From Pseudovirgaria hyperparasitica (lineage: Eukaryota), in NCBI GenBank assembly GCA_010093815.1, contig ML996566.1: a stretch of 64,000 bases of DNA; one strand, given 5' to 3'. The translations under genes and the position numbers were made by a program. Under the pieces are notes generated by a model. That model was not told where the DNA came from. It did no database searches and was given only the letters and a program-made list of their open reading frames with translations. Numbering within the stretch: position 1 is the stretch's first letter; each line of letters starts with the position of its first letter. Positions 1 through 12,799 of the stretch are shown here, piece by piece.

Positions 1-388
1 GCTGCTTCGGTAAGACATCATTCTTTCTCTCCATCCATCCTGAGCCTTTCCCCCAGCACTAGCTTTTTTTTTTTTTTTTTTTTTTTAATTCCCCACGAGA
101 AGCAGAAAAACTAACCCCACCCCCCGTGTGCCCGCACAGGCGCGACTCTGCGATCTAGACACGGTGAAAGTGGACGTCAACCAGGCGTACGATGGCCTGC
201 GCGGCCAGTGGGCGTATGCGAATGGGTTTTTTGAGAGGTGGTGGTGTGCGGAGCAGGGGTTGGGGGAGGAGGCTCGGCGGGCGCCGGTTTCGGAGGATAT
301 GCTTGTTGCGCGGGAGATGATGGCTAGGGAGATGGCTGTGAGGTCGAGGAGGGGGGTGGCGCGGTCGGAGGAGTGGTTGTGGGTTTGA
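1..388 (+). CDS. 3' part of a SUMO-like domain protein (5' end outside window)
   Basis: GCT GCT TCG, then intron 10-139 (GTAAGA...ACTAAC...CAG, phase 0), then exon 140-388 ARLCDLDTVKVDVN...WLWV*. xxLxDxDTVKV matches the post-intron half of the SUMO-like domain in the next gene (FGMEDYDTIKV). Confidence 0.6.
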
Positions 389-1046
389 TGGTTTCTGGAG
401 AGGGGGGTTGGGGTTGGGGATGTGCTGCGCATTGGTATGGAGTAGGGTTGGGTATGGGGGTTTGGGATAGGATTAAGGGGGTATGGATGAGGAACAGGGT
501 GGGTGTTGGGACATGGGTTCGTCGTAGCCTGACGTTTTGGGTTTATTCGTAGGCGGTTCATGGCTGTGAAATGCTAAATGACACAGAGCATGTCCTACGT
601 GATGCGCAATGTTGGTTGTGGTTTGTGAAATTTGCCAGTGGGATCCTCGGTCAACGTCGATGAGGATGGCTATGGACTGCCGGGTGAGTTGAGCATAAGG
701 AGTTATAATTCAAGTGGTTTGTAGTGTGAGTCGGCAAGAGTAGTGATTCAAGTTGACGCTGTTCAAGCACTGTTGCGAGGCAAAACAGACGTTTCTGGAC
801 ACCGATTTGAAAAGGGATATAGCTTTCACTTGATAACTAAGTTGAACAGCACGGTCATGCTTTCATCATAGCCCAACACTAGACATGCCATGTTACTTTT
901 CTTGAACAGTACTGTTGTAGTCTTTCACCATCTGAGAGGAACTATATATAACAGGCACCGCCCATAGCAATCACAGTTCTTACACCTTCCACTACACACC
1001 ACCTACCACTACACACCACATACCACTTGACCTCTAACAATTCATC

Positions 1047-1718
1047 ATGGCTGAGCCAAAAGCAATCTCGATCGCGGTCAGCGGCCCCCACAACGAGATC
1101 GTCACCTGGAACAACATCCCTTTCCAGAAGATCCTCCAGAGATTCTGCGCCGAGCAAAACAAGACCTTCTCCGAACTGAGCTTCGAACTCGACGGCAAAA
1201 CAATCCATGGCCACGAGACACCTGCAGACGTAAGTTTAACCTCCATGACACTGATCCCGCGAGGAGACTTTTGGTGACCAATATATTATCTGAGTAGTTC
1301 GGCATGGAAGACTATGACACCATAAAAGTGCTTCCACACCTCGACATGGAAATCGAAACGTGCGAACAAGCCAAGCCCGAACCACTCGATGGTATCGCAG
1401 ACGACGCCCAGCCCGAACCGGTCAAGAAACCATCTCCGTATGCAAAGCTATATGTTGTAACCGACACGCTTGAGGCCCAGGAGACTGTACTTGAGATGCG
1501 TCTTACAGACAGTGCGAGACTGCTTTACGACGAGATGTATGCTGCCGAAGGGTATGAACCTACGCAATGGATCTATTACCTGGGAAATCAAATGCTGGAT
1601 GGGAGCCGCACGCTGGCCAGCGTAAGTATCCACCATTCAGATATGGAAAAGGGTCCTGCTGACATGGTCTTAGTATGGAGTTACCAATGGCTCTACTATT
1701 ATGGCTGAGCCCCAATAG
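1047..1718 (+). CDS. Small tandem SUMO-like/ubiquitin-like domain protein (2 domains, no C-terminal GG)
   Basis: Exons 1047-1229, 1298-1621, 1674-1718; introns GTAAGT...TAG. Domain 1 FQKILQRFCAEQNK..LSFELDGKTIHGHETPAD|FGMEDYDTIKV resembles SUMO (FxFDGxRI..xTPxxLxMEDxDxI). Domain 2 YLGNQMLDGSRTLAS|YGVTNGSTI resembles ubiquitin ([21 protein letters not shown]). Confidence 0.8.
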
Positions 1719-2007
1719 ATAGATGATGGATTGGAACGACCGGGTGTGGTCGTGGCATGGGCCTGTTTCTCATCATCATTGCTGTAGACAGTACTTATCT
1801 TTGAATTAGACATTTGGTCAAAGCTGCCATCTCTTGATTGATTCACTTTGTACTGTCCCGCCCAGTGCTTCACTTGCGCAAGTTCACCACACACCCCCTC
1901 TCTTACCAGACCACTTCAAATCTCGCAAGTCGTTCGTCCAAACCTTCCATCTCTCCCTCTCCCTTCCCACTCCACAAAAACGCCTCGACCCACGACGACT
2001 CAAAGCC

Positions 2008-2749
2008 ATGGACCAACCAGCCAAATCGATAGAAATCATGCTCTACGACAACGTGAGCGAGTTCCGCATCGTAACATGGCCAACCATGCGCTTCGACCAA
2101 ATCTTTGCCTCTTACTGCGAAGACTGGAAGAAGCCTTTCGACGAGTTCTGCTTCCTGCTCGGCGGTGAAACCCTAGACGGCTGCGAGACTCCGGCCGCCG
2201 TGAGTCCTGCATAGTCAGATTTCCATGTCAAGAAACTGACGAATGTATGCGCAGATCGGCTTCACGAACCGTGACCTAGAAATCGTGGTGAATGTCTACC
2301 AGCAGCCGCACTACGACCCCAAGACCGGTCCTCTCGCCAGGAAGAGCCTTGACGTTGGCAATTCGCTATCCGGGGCGGGATCGCAGGCACCCAGAGCCCT
2401 GAGCAAGTGTTCCATGAAGGAGAACATCATAGTCTCAATCGAGGATCCGTTCACGGGGACGAGACACTGGTTTCAGATCTGTCCCGCCAAGCACTTCCAG
2501 AGTCTGTTTCGAGAGTATGGTGCTTTCATAAAACGAGCTACGTCCACGTTTGATCTCCGGTTCAAGGGCCGCATTCTTGGTCGGAACGACATGCCTACTA
2601 ATGTTAGTAGATTGGTTGAGTAAGGTCGTTGACACTAATGTGCTAACAATTCGCAGATTGGTCTTGTTGCTAATAGCAACCTCATGTGCACGCCCACGAT
2701 GGTGGACGTAGACTGGGCTAAGGGTGACTGTGACGGCAAAGTGATATAG
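2008..2749 (+). CDS. Second small tandem SUMO-like domain protein (paralogue, 2 domains, no C-terminal GG)
   Basis: Exons 2008-2199, 2255-2602, 2657-2749; introns GTGAGT..CTGAC..CAG and GTTAGT..GCTAAC..CAG. FDQIFASYCEDWKK..FCFLLGGETLDGCETPAA|IGF and FQSLFREYG..FDLRFKGRILGRNDMPTN|IGL are both SUMO-fold-like. Confidence 0.75.
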
Positions 2750-3184
2750 TTGCTTGGATATCATCCTTAGCTGTTGTGCCGTTACGACCAGGAAATTCAC
2801 ATTGAGAGCTAGCTTATTAGAAGCACACGCACCTCCCAATCACACTTAAGGTAGATCTGCATATTTTTGCGACCCTTTCAACAGCAAGGAAGTTTATAAA
2901 TCGATTAGTCTAAGCATGATATGCTAGACGAGATACATAACGAAACTCTATCTGCATCATACAATTATACATCTACTTTCGTAATCGATGTACACGATAC
3001 TACATATCACTCAATAAGTCGTTCACGACCATCAATCGATTGATCTTATTACCTTTGTAAGTCTAAGTTCATGCACGGTAGCAGCGAGCATTTCCAGAGA
3101 CGAACAAGCAGGCAAGCTACAATGTCCTTACCACAACGACGCGTCGTGTCCATTTTATTCGGGTGATACTGTGAAGTACAACTA

Positions 3185-6100
3185 TCAATACGCCCCTTCT
3201 CTCTTCTCCCACTTCGTCAACGGCGCATTTTCCACCTTTCCAAACCCAGTCTGTATCACAGCCTGCGGCACCAACTCCACCTTCTCGACCTTGGCGCCAT
3301 CAGCCTCCAACGCCCAAAGCGACAGTCCAACCCAGTTCGTACCATGATAGTCCAGAATGCCCTCTGGCACAGGGAAGCTCCTCTGAGGTCCGACATTGTG
3401 CACATACTTGCCAAACTGCCAGCCGTTGACAAACAGCTGCACGCGATACGCAGACTCGGTTTCGTTGGTGAAGACAAACGACAAGGGGATGTCGTAGCCA
3501 TCTGGCATGTCTAGGTCAAAGGATGTGGAGAAGAATCCTACGCCGGCGGCAGAAATGCCTGTAGTGGGACCTTCACTGGTCTCCCAATCATCTGCAGGTG
3601 GTGCAGGGAGGTGGTATCCCTGACGTTCGACGAAAAGTGCGCCTTCATTGAGTGGACCACGGGCACGGTCAACGTAGTCTTCGCCTCCAAGATTACCAGT
3701 AATCTTCCATGTTACATCTGACTTATCATGACCAGATAGTGTATAGTCTAAGATGCCACGAGGGGTCTTCATTTCGTCCTCGCCAACAACGTAGTTCTCA
3801 TCGTATCCCATGTGGTCGATGACGACTGTCAGTACATAGTCTTGTCCTGAGCTAAGGTTGGGTAGAGTGTTTGTGCTTGTATAATTTGTGGTCACATCAT
3901 TGCCTTCCCAGGAGCCAACGAACTTGTCACCGAGCCAAATTGAGTGTCCGTATGCGGAGCCACCCTGTGTGTTTATCGTCAAGCTACTTTCTTGGCCATT
4001 TGCTTTGAAGTGGCCACGGAACACGAGACTGCCACTATGAAAGCTGTAGTCTCCAGCGAAAAGACTGGTAGGGGTGAGCTGTTCGTACTTATCATTATAA
4101 GTCTTCTCCAGGTCTGCATCGGGCCACGTCTCATCCGAGTAGTCTGCTTTGATCTCCGGAAGGCTATCAATGTACTTCCACTCCACAGCTCCAAGGTCTG
4201 GAATGCTTATGGTCGGCTTCTTGAACTCAGCGGTGGCAGTGACAACACCTGCATCATCTTGCTTGAAGTCGAGTGACTCTCCGTTGAATTGGAGATCTGT
4301 CAGCCCTTGAGGTGCACCGCCTATAATCTCAATGGGCGTTGTAACGTTCAGATCTCCGATCAGACTGAGTGTAGTTCCATCCGTGACTGCGGAACGGATG
4401 AGATATCCGGCTTTTACAATTAGAGAACCCTGGCCATAAGAAGCTGGTGTGGCAGGTACCCAGTAATTGTACGCCTCGTTACGATCTACCATTGTTTAGC
4501 ATGGGACTCTTATGGAATGGTAGAGAATGCGGACCTAAGAGGTATACATAGAGTCCTGATGGTGTCTTTACGACCTTCCGCTCACTTGAGGTAGCCCAAT
4601 TAAGGACGGTGTATCCTGTCTTTTGTGCGATGGCTACACCTGATCCCTCGATAGTCTCAGCGGAGCCGTACCCTTCGCTAGTATCTTCAATAGCAAGCTC
4701 GTGTTGCTCATTGGGGCCTCCATATACCACAAGAACAGTCTTTTCGTTGTACTTCTTCCATGTGTACACCTCGGCTGACGAATACACGATGTTGAAATCT
4801 CCGACTGAGTAATCGCTCACGTGGACTTTAGCGTCTCTACCGTTCAGAGACAGACTATTGTTCAATTGAGGAATAGTGATGTTACCATATGATGCAGTGG
4901 ACACGTGAAGCTTATAGCTGGTCGAATCGAGCGAGTTATACTTTGTGTGTCTACTGCATTATTAGAAACAGACAACATCACAGACACAAAAACACGTACC
5001 TTGTGAAATAGAACTTGGTGGTCTCCGTCGTCGCGGGGAAAACAATGATATCGGGAGAAGTTGTCCAGCTTGTGGAGCCGTTGATCCTATCTGCTACAAG
5101 GTATGCCGGAGATGAGTGCAGAAACGTGGCTTCGAGCTTGGCCTCGCTATATTTCTCACGGTTAACGAGACGCATCTCATCCACCACAGCACCATAGTCG
5201 TATGAAGTGTATCCACCTGGGTGACCAAGATTACCCCAGTTTGTTCCACCCCATGTCTGAAAACTGTCAGCACCGAGTCGCATCTACAACTTGGTCTCAC
5301 ACATACCATATAGATATTGAAGATGGTGACTCCGTATCCGTAGTTATTCTTGTAGAAGACACGCTCAAACTCTTGATTCAGAAGTGAAAGACACTTGTCG
5401 AAGCCATTTCCACCCCATGGGTCGAAAGCACCACCTTGAAACTGTACAAAGTCAGCCAATGGCTCTAGACGAGGATTGCAAGAAAGAATACCTCGACTAA
5501 TGAGAATGGAGTAGATGGAGCAAGCCGCAAATGTGTGTTCCACCAATCAGAAGGCAACTTGCCGTCCGGCCAGACGGTTGGATTTGCGCAGTCGAATCCG
5601 AGTGGGTAGCCGTCGTGGCCGTAGATGTCAATATCAGCTTCAGTGGTAGGAGTGATGTAGCCAGCTGGGTAAGCTTCGTTGCTGATGAAAGGAACCACGA
5701 TCCCTGCTTTTCGGTACTGGTCCTTGACTTGGTCCCAGTAGTTGAAGTTGGGAAACGGAAATCCATCAATGAAGGACTGGTATTCATTTTCGGGTTGTAA
5801 GAGAATGACTGGTCCACCATTGGTGATCTGGGCCTTGGCGACAATTTCACTGATTTTTTGAACGTAGCTGTCCTCGTCAGTGGCAATGTACTGGAACATA
5901 CGACGTGTCCTTACTTGTTTGTTGCCTCCATATACGCCGTGTCGTTGTCTCTCAACACACCTGGCACACGCTGGAGCCAGCCTGGAAAGCCACCACCACT
6001 GACCTCGGCGTTAATGTATGGACCAGGGCGCTATTATCTGGTCAGTGAACATGCTTACTTTGAGATGGCATGATCATACCGCAAGCACATAAATCCCAGC

Positions 6101-6573
6101 CTCTTTTGCCGCATCGAAGAAGGGCTCCCAAGCAAAGACGCCCTCAGCAGAGAAATCACCCGGCTTTCCCTCATGAAGAGCCCAATCGATATACACAGAC
6201 ACGCAGTTGTAACCCAAAGCTTTAATCTTCTGTAGGATATCCGGCCATAGACTAGGTACTGGTAACCTTCACGTGTTTCAGTATTTATCCTTTAGTTGAG
6301 TTCTCACAGCTGACCTGAAAGGATGAATTTCTCCACTGAAGAGGAGCACCCGCTCGCCATTGATGAATATGGACTTGTCATCCCAAGTAACCTGCCTGCG
6401 TCAGTAGGTACTTCTTCTGAGTACTGAAGTGGACACACGATGTCTTGCAAGACCTCGCCCCTCTTGTAGGGAGCTATCCAATCATTGGGATTCCTCCCAA
6501 TAGCAATTGACGCAGTCCTGACTGCAAAGAATGCAAGCAAGAGCGCTTGCAGCGCACTGAAAGAGAACAACAT
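3185..6573 (-). CDS. lacA: Secreted glycoside hydrolase family 35 beta-galactosidase (multi-exon)
   Basis: Signal peptide; motifs [36 protein letters not shown](A)[23 protein letters not shown]-terminal jelly-roll region [24 protein letters not shown] introns join the ORF fragments. Confidence 0.93.
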
Positions 6574-7480
6574 TGTGAGCCACAGTCAATTGAAGCTCCA
6601 ACGGTTGTATTCGTCTACCAACCGCAAATCTGCGGGGAAGCAGCTACCTGTATATACATTGGTTTTAGAGGAACCTGCTGGGGTGCATCTCGCGGACACT
6701 TCGACCGAGCGGCATGCGCCATTCCAGGCAATATTTCGTACATCCATGCTCTCACAGTGAGTGAGAGTAATAGCTGTCCCACCGGAACGCAGCGATCAGT
6801 CCATGTTGCAATACCGCTTAAGCATCGTTGCGGAGCTAAAGGTTGTAGTTGCGTAAAGAGGGCGGGGTGCAGGTTAGCGGTGATGATCAGACAAGGTCTG
6901 AAGGGTTACATCCATGCAATTCAATCTATACTCTACCTTTTCAGCGGTAATTAGCCGGTCCTACTCCTTGTCTTAATAAACTCTTCGAATGCTAGGTGTC
7001 TCCTTACCGTTCTTATAGTGGCGTTTCCTGGCTTGGCTCCCGATTGTCATCGCTACACATAATGCCCACTGTTTCCGGTAGCAAAGACACGCGTGACGTC
7101 ATTGAGAAAGATCGAATGAATGTATGAATTGACTAATCAAACATGGTCATATCTCTTCCGACTACATGTGATCAAAAGACGCGATTAAAACACGTGAGAC
7201 CAGTCCAGGAACCGTGATGGACACCTTTCGACGCGCGAGGAGCAAACACACTGCCGCATTCAGCCGAAGCTAAACCTCAAATGTACAACGACGCGAAAAA
7301 CGAAGTCCGGTCATCGATGAATCGACGATCATCACCGAAGTAATGCATGGCACGATGCAGTGATCGCAGGCATCATTATTCTTGCAGAGTCCGGACATAA
7401 TTCAGACATCACACTTCATCCCAACAACGCGTTCACCTCGAACTACTCCTCGACGTTTCCCAAAGCCAAATACGTGCACC

Positions 7481-8002
7481 ATGCCGGCGCTTGATCCACA
7501 CAAGAACACACGCGAGGAGTTCACGCAGTACGCACTCAGCCATCCTGTTCCTGACAATGCCCACAAAGACTGGCTCAAGGAGTTCAACTATATGATGGCG
7601 CTCGTCCCGAAACTTGCATACCACCCCGCGATGGCGCCTAATCTACAGCAGACGTACATGACTCCAGCTGCGGAGAAGAACAGTGTCTACTTCATGTGGG
7701 ACTTTGTGTCGCGCACACTCGTATGTATCCTCGACAAAGATTCTAATCAATGAATCCTGATAAATCTATAGAGCAACCTATACAACCAAGTCGACCCGGA
7801 GCTCAAACTCGAGACCAGGGCATCGAAGAACGCCTGGAATGATGTCCGTAGCAGAGGAATGATGGCCACGGAATTGATACTGGACACTACACCGGGGATG
7901 TTAGCCATGATGACTGGATCAGCATACCCCGAACAGAAGGACAAAGAACCTGCATTTGGAGAGGACATCCTAGAGCTGTGCAGAAAGTACAAAACCAAGT
8001 AA
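7481..8002 (+). CDS. Hypothetical protein (2 exons, ~156 aa)
   Basis: ATG 7481 in good context (CACCATG); intron 7721-7771 GTATGT...TAG phase 0; second exon open to TAA 8002. Confidence 0.75.
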
Positions 8003-8106
8003 TGCTGTGTTATATTGAAGGCGTACTATGTCATAAATGAAAGCCAGCTAGTACTTTCTGCTAACCCGGGTCTGTCTGTTCCCATGATCTTCATCATCGT
8101 GCTGTT

Positions 8107-9685
8107 TCATTCTCTCTTCTTGTTGTTGAACCGAGGGAGAGCAAGCCAGAGGACCAAGATCGTTGCGAGTAGCGCAAGAATGATTGGCTGCAAAACCTGC
8201 ACGCCTCTCGCCTGCGCAATAGCACCTACGGCGAATGGAAATACGCAAGCACCGCAGCCTCCGAAGGCTGCAGCAAATCCGATTGTACTGACATGTAGGT
8301 CCCGTGGTAAAAGCTTCGTCGCCGCCACAACTGCAGCCGGAAACAGCGGTCCCAGAAAGAATCCCTGGAGACTGACGGCGACGGCAGAGACATAGAATTG
8401 CGGTACGAGCCAAAACAACAACTCTAGACCAAGAGTGATGGGAATATACACCAGCATTGCGGTGTGCTCGCCTATCAATGGCGTAACGAACCCTAACACG
8501 ACACGGCCAACGGTGACGCCAAGCCAGAATCCTGTTGCTACCATTCCACTGGCAAAGGCTGTACCTTGTCGCTGGTTGAGCATGAATGTGACAATCCATC
8601 CACCAAGCGCAACTTCGATACCGACGTAGATGAGCAGGAAAAGGGAGATCAGCCATGAAACGCGGGCAGCAGGCATCTTCAGAAGTGCTTGCTTCAAGCG
8701 GCTGTTGCCCTGGCTTGATGTTCGAGGATTCTCGGCGCGAAACTGCTCAGCACTGGCATTCCAGAATGCGGAGAGAGAAGTGGTAAGCTCGATGACTGCC
8801 AGACTGATCTATAGCAAGTCAATATGTCATTAAGTTGAGGCAAATTCGGAGCTGCATACCATCACATAATAGAATGCATACCACGGAAGCTTCCCCTTCG
8901 TTATCATACTCGTCGCGATCAGGGGAGAGATTGTTGCTCCAAGACCATAGAAGCCATGCAGAAGACCGAGAACCTCATTAGCCCTTGCCATGTTTCCCAC
9001 CCAGGCATTCCACGCAGCATCCTCGAGACCATTGCCAAACCCAGCGAGGATAAACACAACGACCAGGACGGGATATGGCGGATGTACAGCAATGATTACA
9101 TACGCGATCAGGTGAGACATTGGTCCGAGAAAAGCTACGCCTCGTTGACCAAAAGTGAGGTGGATCCAGTTGTTCGAGAGAGCGGAGGCTACATAGCCGA
9201 TGAATGGCGAGAGAAAGATTAACGATACGACAGTGTAGCTGAGATCATAGTATGCCTCCAACTAGGAAATAGGTTAGTGCTATACTGTATTCGACTTTCG
9301 GGGAGTCTCACGTATGGTATGAGAGCCTGGAATAGTCATCAGTAACTCTGCAGTCCCAAACTAAGTCGCAGCTTACCCCATATGCCGCATCATTGGCCCC
9401 CATTAGCAGAAATGCAAAAAAGGTCGCGAAAGTTCTCAGAACATTCACTCGAGAGGAATTCCATCTCTGTAATCTGACGGACGCTGTTGTTGGTGATGGA
9501 AGCAGGTCATTGGGATCTTTGGAGGATCCAAGTACTCGTCCAGGAGAGCCCGTATCTATAGGCTGGACACTCTGTGGTGACGACGACTTGTCGGTATTGC
9601 TTATGTGATGCTGAGCAACCGGCAATTGATCAAGCTCAACGACAGCTGTGGTGGACCCGCCATTATGACGGGTTTGAATCGCCAT
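8107..9685 (-). CDS. MFS transporter (fucose permease/Bsc6-like)
   Basis: Multiple hydrophobic helices; GANDAAYG, GFGNGLEDAAWN, LHGFYGLGA, YVGIEVALGGW motifs; intron-separated ORF pieces. Confidence 0.88.
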
Positions 9686-10321
9686 CTCCTGTAGCAAATG
9701 ATAGTGAAAGAGAAGAGAGGATTCAAGGAACAATGGTAACAGGACTCGATCTCAAGAGAAGTTGTGGCAGTTATAAAGGATCATGAATCAATGGCTTGGC
9801 ACGGCATATAGTTGCCAACCATGTGCGGGGAATAGCTCGCCAGAACAACGGCTCCAGGATCTTCGACGCTCTGCCGAGTCAGATGCTTCGGAGTCTGGCA
9901 TAGCGTCCTCCTGGTATGCGTAGAAACTATGACTTGTATCATCGAGACCAGTAATTTGTGCGCAGGTAGACGGCCCGCATTGCCATGTCATGTCATGTAT
10001 ATATCGTGAGCTTGAGAACGTAGACATAGCTCATTGTTACCATGTCAGGAAGATCTTGCGAGTCCCCACAGTGAATGGCGCTCCAGTATATCCTGTGACC
10101 ATCTAAAAAAACCCTAAAGCATGGCTAACAGTCAACTCAAACTCAATAACGACCAAAGTGCCTTGTATCAGATTGTAGAGAGTGAAGAGCCTCCAAGCCG
10201 AGAGTTGGAGGAATTACCGGAACAGGTCTAGTAAGGTTGGAAGCCCTCTGCAGGTGGAGCTTTGACCAGTACCCTAAAACCATCTTCGTGTCAGTATTCC
10301 TCCATCTATCAGACATCGATT

Positions 10322-10900
10322 ATGGTCACTACTGGAGATCCAGTGCCTGCAAGGCTTGCATATCTACGTGAGTCTGCACGTCTACTGGCCATTGCCTCAC
10401 CCACCACCTCATCTTACCTCGGAGCTCAATATGGCAAGCTCCTACTCGACTCAGACGGAGATATCAATGAAACTCAAGTCCAGCGAGATGCCCGCCAACG
10501 TGAATTTTGCAATCGATGCGGTAACATCATGGTTCCGGGTCTCTCATACAAAGTAAGACAATCGAGAGAGCGGCCGAGATCCAAAGTGGCCAAGAAGGAA
10601 AAGACCACACTCAGCAGGTATACGGTGTACTCTTGTCACCGATGCAGCGCAACAACCACCCAGACTGTCCCGAGTCTTCCAAAGCCCGCGGAGGTGATGG
10701 AAAAGGTTATCCGTACTAATGAATCTACTTCAACGTATGCATTGACAGCGGAATCGAAAACGTCAACAATGCCCGAGAACAGAAAGAAGCGTGCAAAAGC
10801 TCGAAAGCAAGGTGTACTACAAGCATTGCTGAAGGATCAATCCTCGGCCAGGCCAAGCAGCTCTGGCTTTGGTCTTGATCTGATGGACCTAATGAGCTGA
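10322..10900 (+). CDS. RNase P/MRP Rpr2/Rpp21/Snm1-family zinc-binding subunit
   Basis: RLAYLRESARLL N-terminal helix, CNRC...PG and CHRC zinc ligands, basic C-terminal tail ending LDLMDLMS. Confidence 0.8.
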   Translation: MVTTGDPVPARLAYLRESARLLAIASPTTSSYLGAQYGKLLLDSDGDINETQVQRDARQREFCNRCGNIMVPGLSYKVRQSRERPRSKVAKKEKTTLSRYTVYSCHRCSATTTQTVPSLPKPAEVMEKVIRTNESTSTYALTAESKTSTMPENRKKRAKARKQGVLQALLKDQSSARPSSSGFGLDLMDLMS

Positions 10901-11186
10901 AGTCTCTGTAATATCTCATTGACTCTTCATGTTCAGGCGGTAAAATATCTTGTATATCTTGGCGCACAGGCCAGTGCGGCCGCCCCACTACGCGACTGAG
11001 GGGCAAAGAATTTAGAGCCCTTCGTCATCCCGCTGACTGTCAATTTTTACTTTCGATCTAAGTACCTGCTATACACGAGTACCATTCTACACTGCACGAC
11101 CGTCGAAGGAGAGATATAAAGATTGAGTCCAGGCATACACAAGACACTGCTTTACTGTTACGAAGCGCGAGCCGGAATTCTCCAAC

Positions 11187-12799
11187 ATGGCGATGCCAAA
11201 CATGAGTCTGGCGGCGGATCTCTTCGAGGATATGGGTCGCAAAGTCGCAGAGGCAAGCGCACAGAATGATATCGAAGACGGTGACTCAAAAGTCGTCGAC
11301 GAGATCGAAAGCTTATGCATGAATTGCAAGGACGACGTATGTACCACGAGGCCTTTATGAAGGTGTATTGCTAACAGAGCTTCTAGGGCATAACACGGCT
11401 TCTGCTCACAAAAATTCCCTTCTTCCGCGAGATCATAATAATGTCGTTCCACTGCGACCACTGCCACTTTCAAAACACTGAAGTACAATTTGCCGGACAA
11501 ATACAACAGCGCGGCGCAAAGATCACACTAAAGGCCGACCGCCCGGAAGACCTGAATAGACAAATAGTGAAGAGCGACACATGTATTCTTCGAGTAGAGG
11601 ACATGGATCTGGAGATTCCGCCAGGCAGGGGTCAACTCACCAATATAGAAGGCATACTCAGCATGATATCGACGGATCTTGGGGACAAGCAGGAAGAGCG
11701 CCGAGCACAGATACCAGAAGTCTTTGAGAGGATCCAGACCATAATACGGCAACTAGACGACATGTCAAGCGGCAAGCATTTCCCCTTTACAATCTCCGTC
11801 GACGATCCCGCCGGCAACTCATACATCGAGCCCTCGACCTCCGACACAGCCGGCAAATTCCACCGCCGCGAATTCGACCGCACACCAGAGCAAAACGCCG
11901 CCCTAGGCCTCACAGATACCGCCGAACCCAGCACAACCACAGCCACCGAAACAAACGGCGCACCCCCGACGGAGATCCGCCCCGAATACCACGCAAACCA
12001 GATGTACCCAGCCATGCCCACAGACGGCACAACCGCACCCGCCAACGTCGACGACGCCGAAATCGTCGAAGGCGAAGTCTACTCCTTCCCCTCCACCTGC
12101 CCAGGCTGCACCCGGCCCTGCGCCACAAACATGAAAATGGTCAACATCCCGCACTTCAAACAGGTCGTCCTCATGAGCACCGTCTGCCAGTCCTGCGGCT
12201 ACCGCAGCAACGAAGTCAAGACCGGCGGCGAAGTACCCCCTCTCGGCCGCCGCATCACCCTCCACGTGCGCTCAAAGGAAGACCTGTCCCGCGACATCCT
12301 CAAGGCCGAGAGCTGCGCCCTCTCCTGCCCAGAGCTATCACTACAAGTCGAACCCGGCACACTAGGCGGCCGCTTCACGACCATCGAGGGCCTACTAACA
12401 CAAGTGCGCGACGACCTCCGCGCATCCATCTTCTCGGACGGCGGCGGCGGCGGCGGCGACAGCATGGCCGGCCCGGAAAAGGAGAAATGGGACGGCTTCT
12501 TCGCGAAACTGTCCGCTGCTATCAATGGCGAGCAGCCGTTTGAGATTATCCTCGAGGATCCCCTCGCGAGCAGCTATCTGCAGAGTCTGGCGGATGATGG
12601 GATGCCGGATGCGCAGATGACGGTGGAGGACTACGAGCGTACGGACGAGGAGCTGGAGCATCTTGGCTTGAATGATATCAAGACTGAGGGGTATGAGGGG
12701 GAGGAGGTGCAGGAGGTGCAGGAGGCGCAGGAGGTGCAGAATGATGATGAGAATGATACCCCAAAAGTAGAAACGAACGGTGTAAATGGGACGTCGTGA
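11187..12799 (+). CDS. ZPR1: Zinc finger protein ZPR1
   Basis: EIESLCMNC, intron 11337-11386, TRLLLTKIPFFREIIIMSFHCDHCHFQN; second module CPGC..IPHFKQVVLMSTVCQSCGYRSNEVK; DDPAGNSYI and EDPLASSY motifs. Confidence 0.96.
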
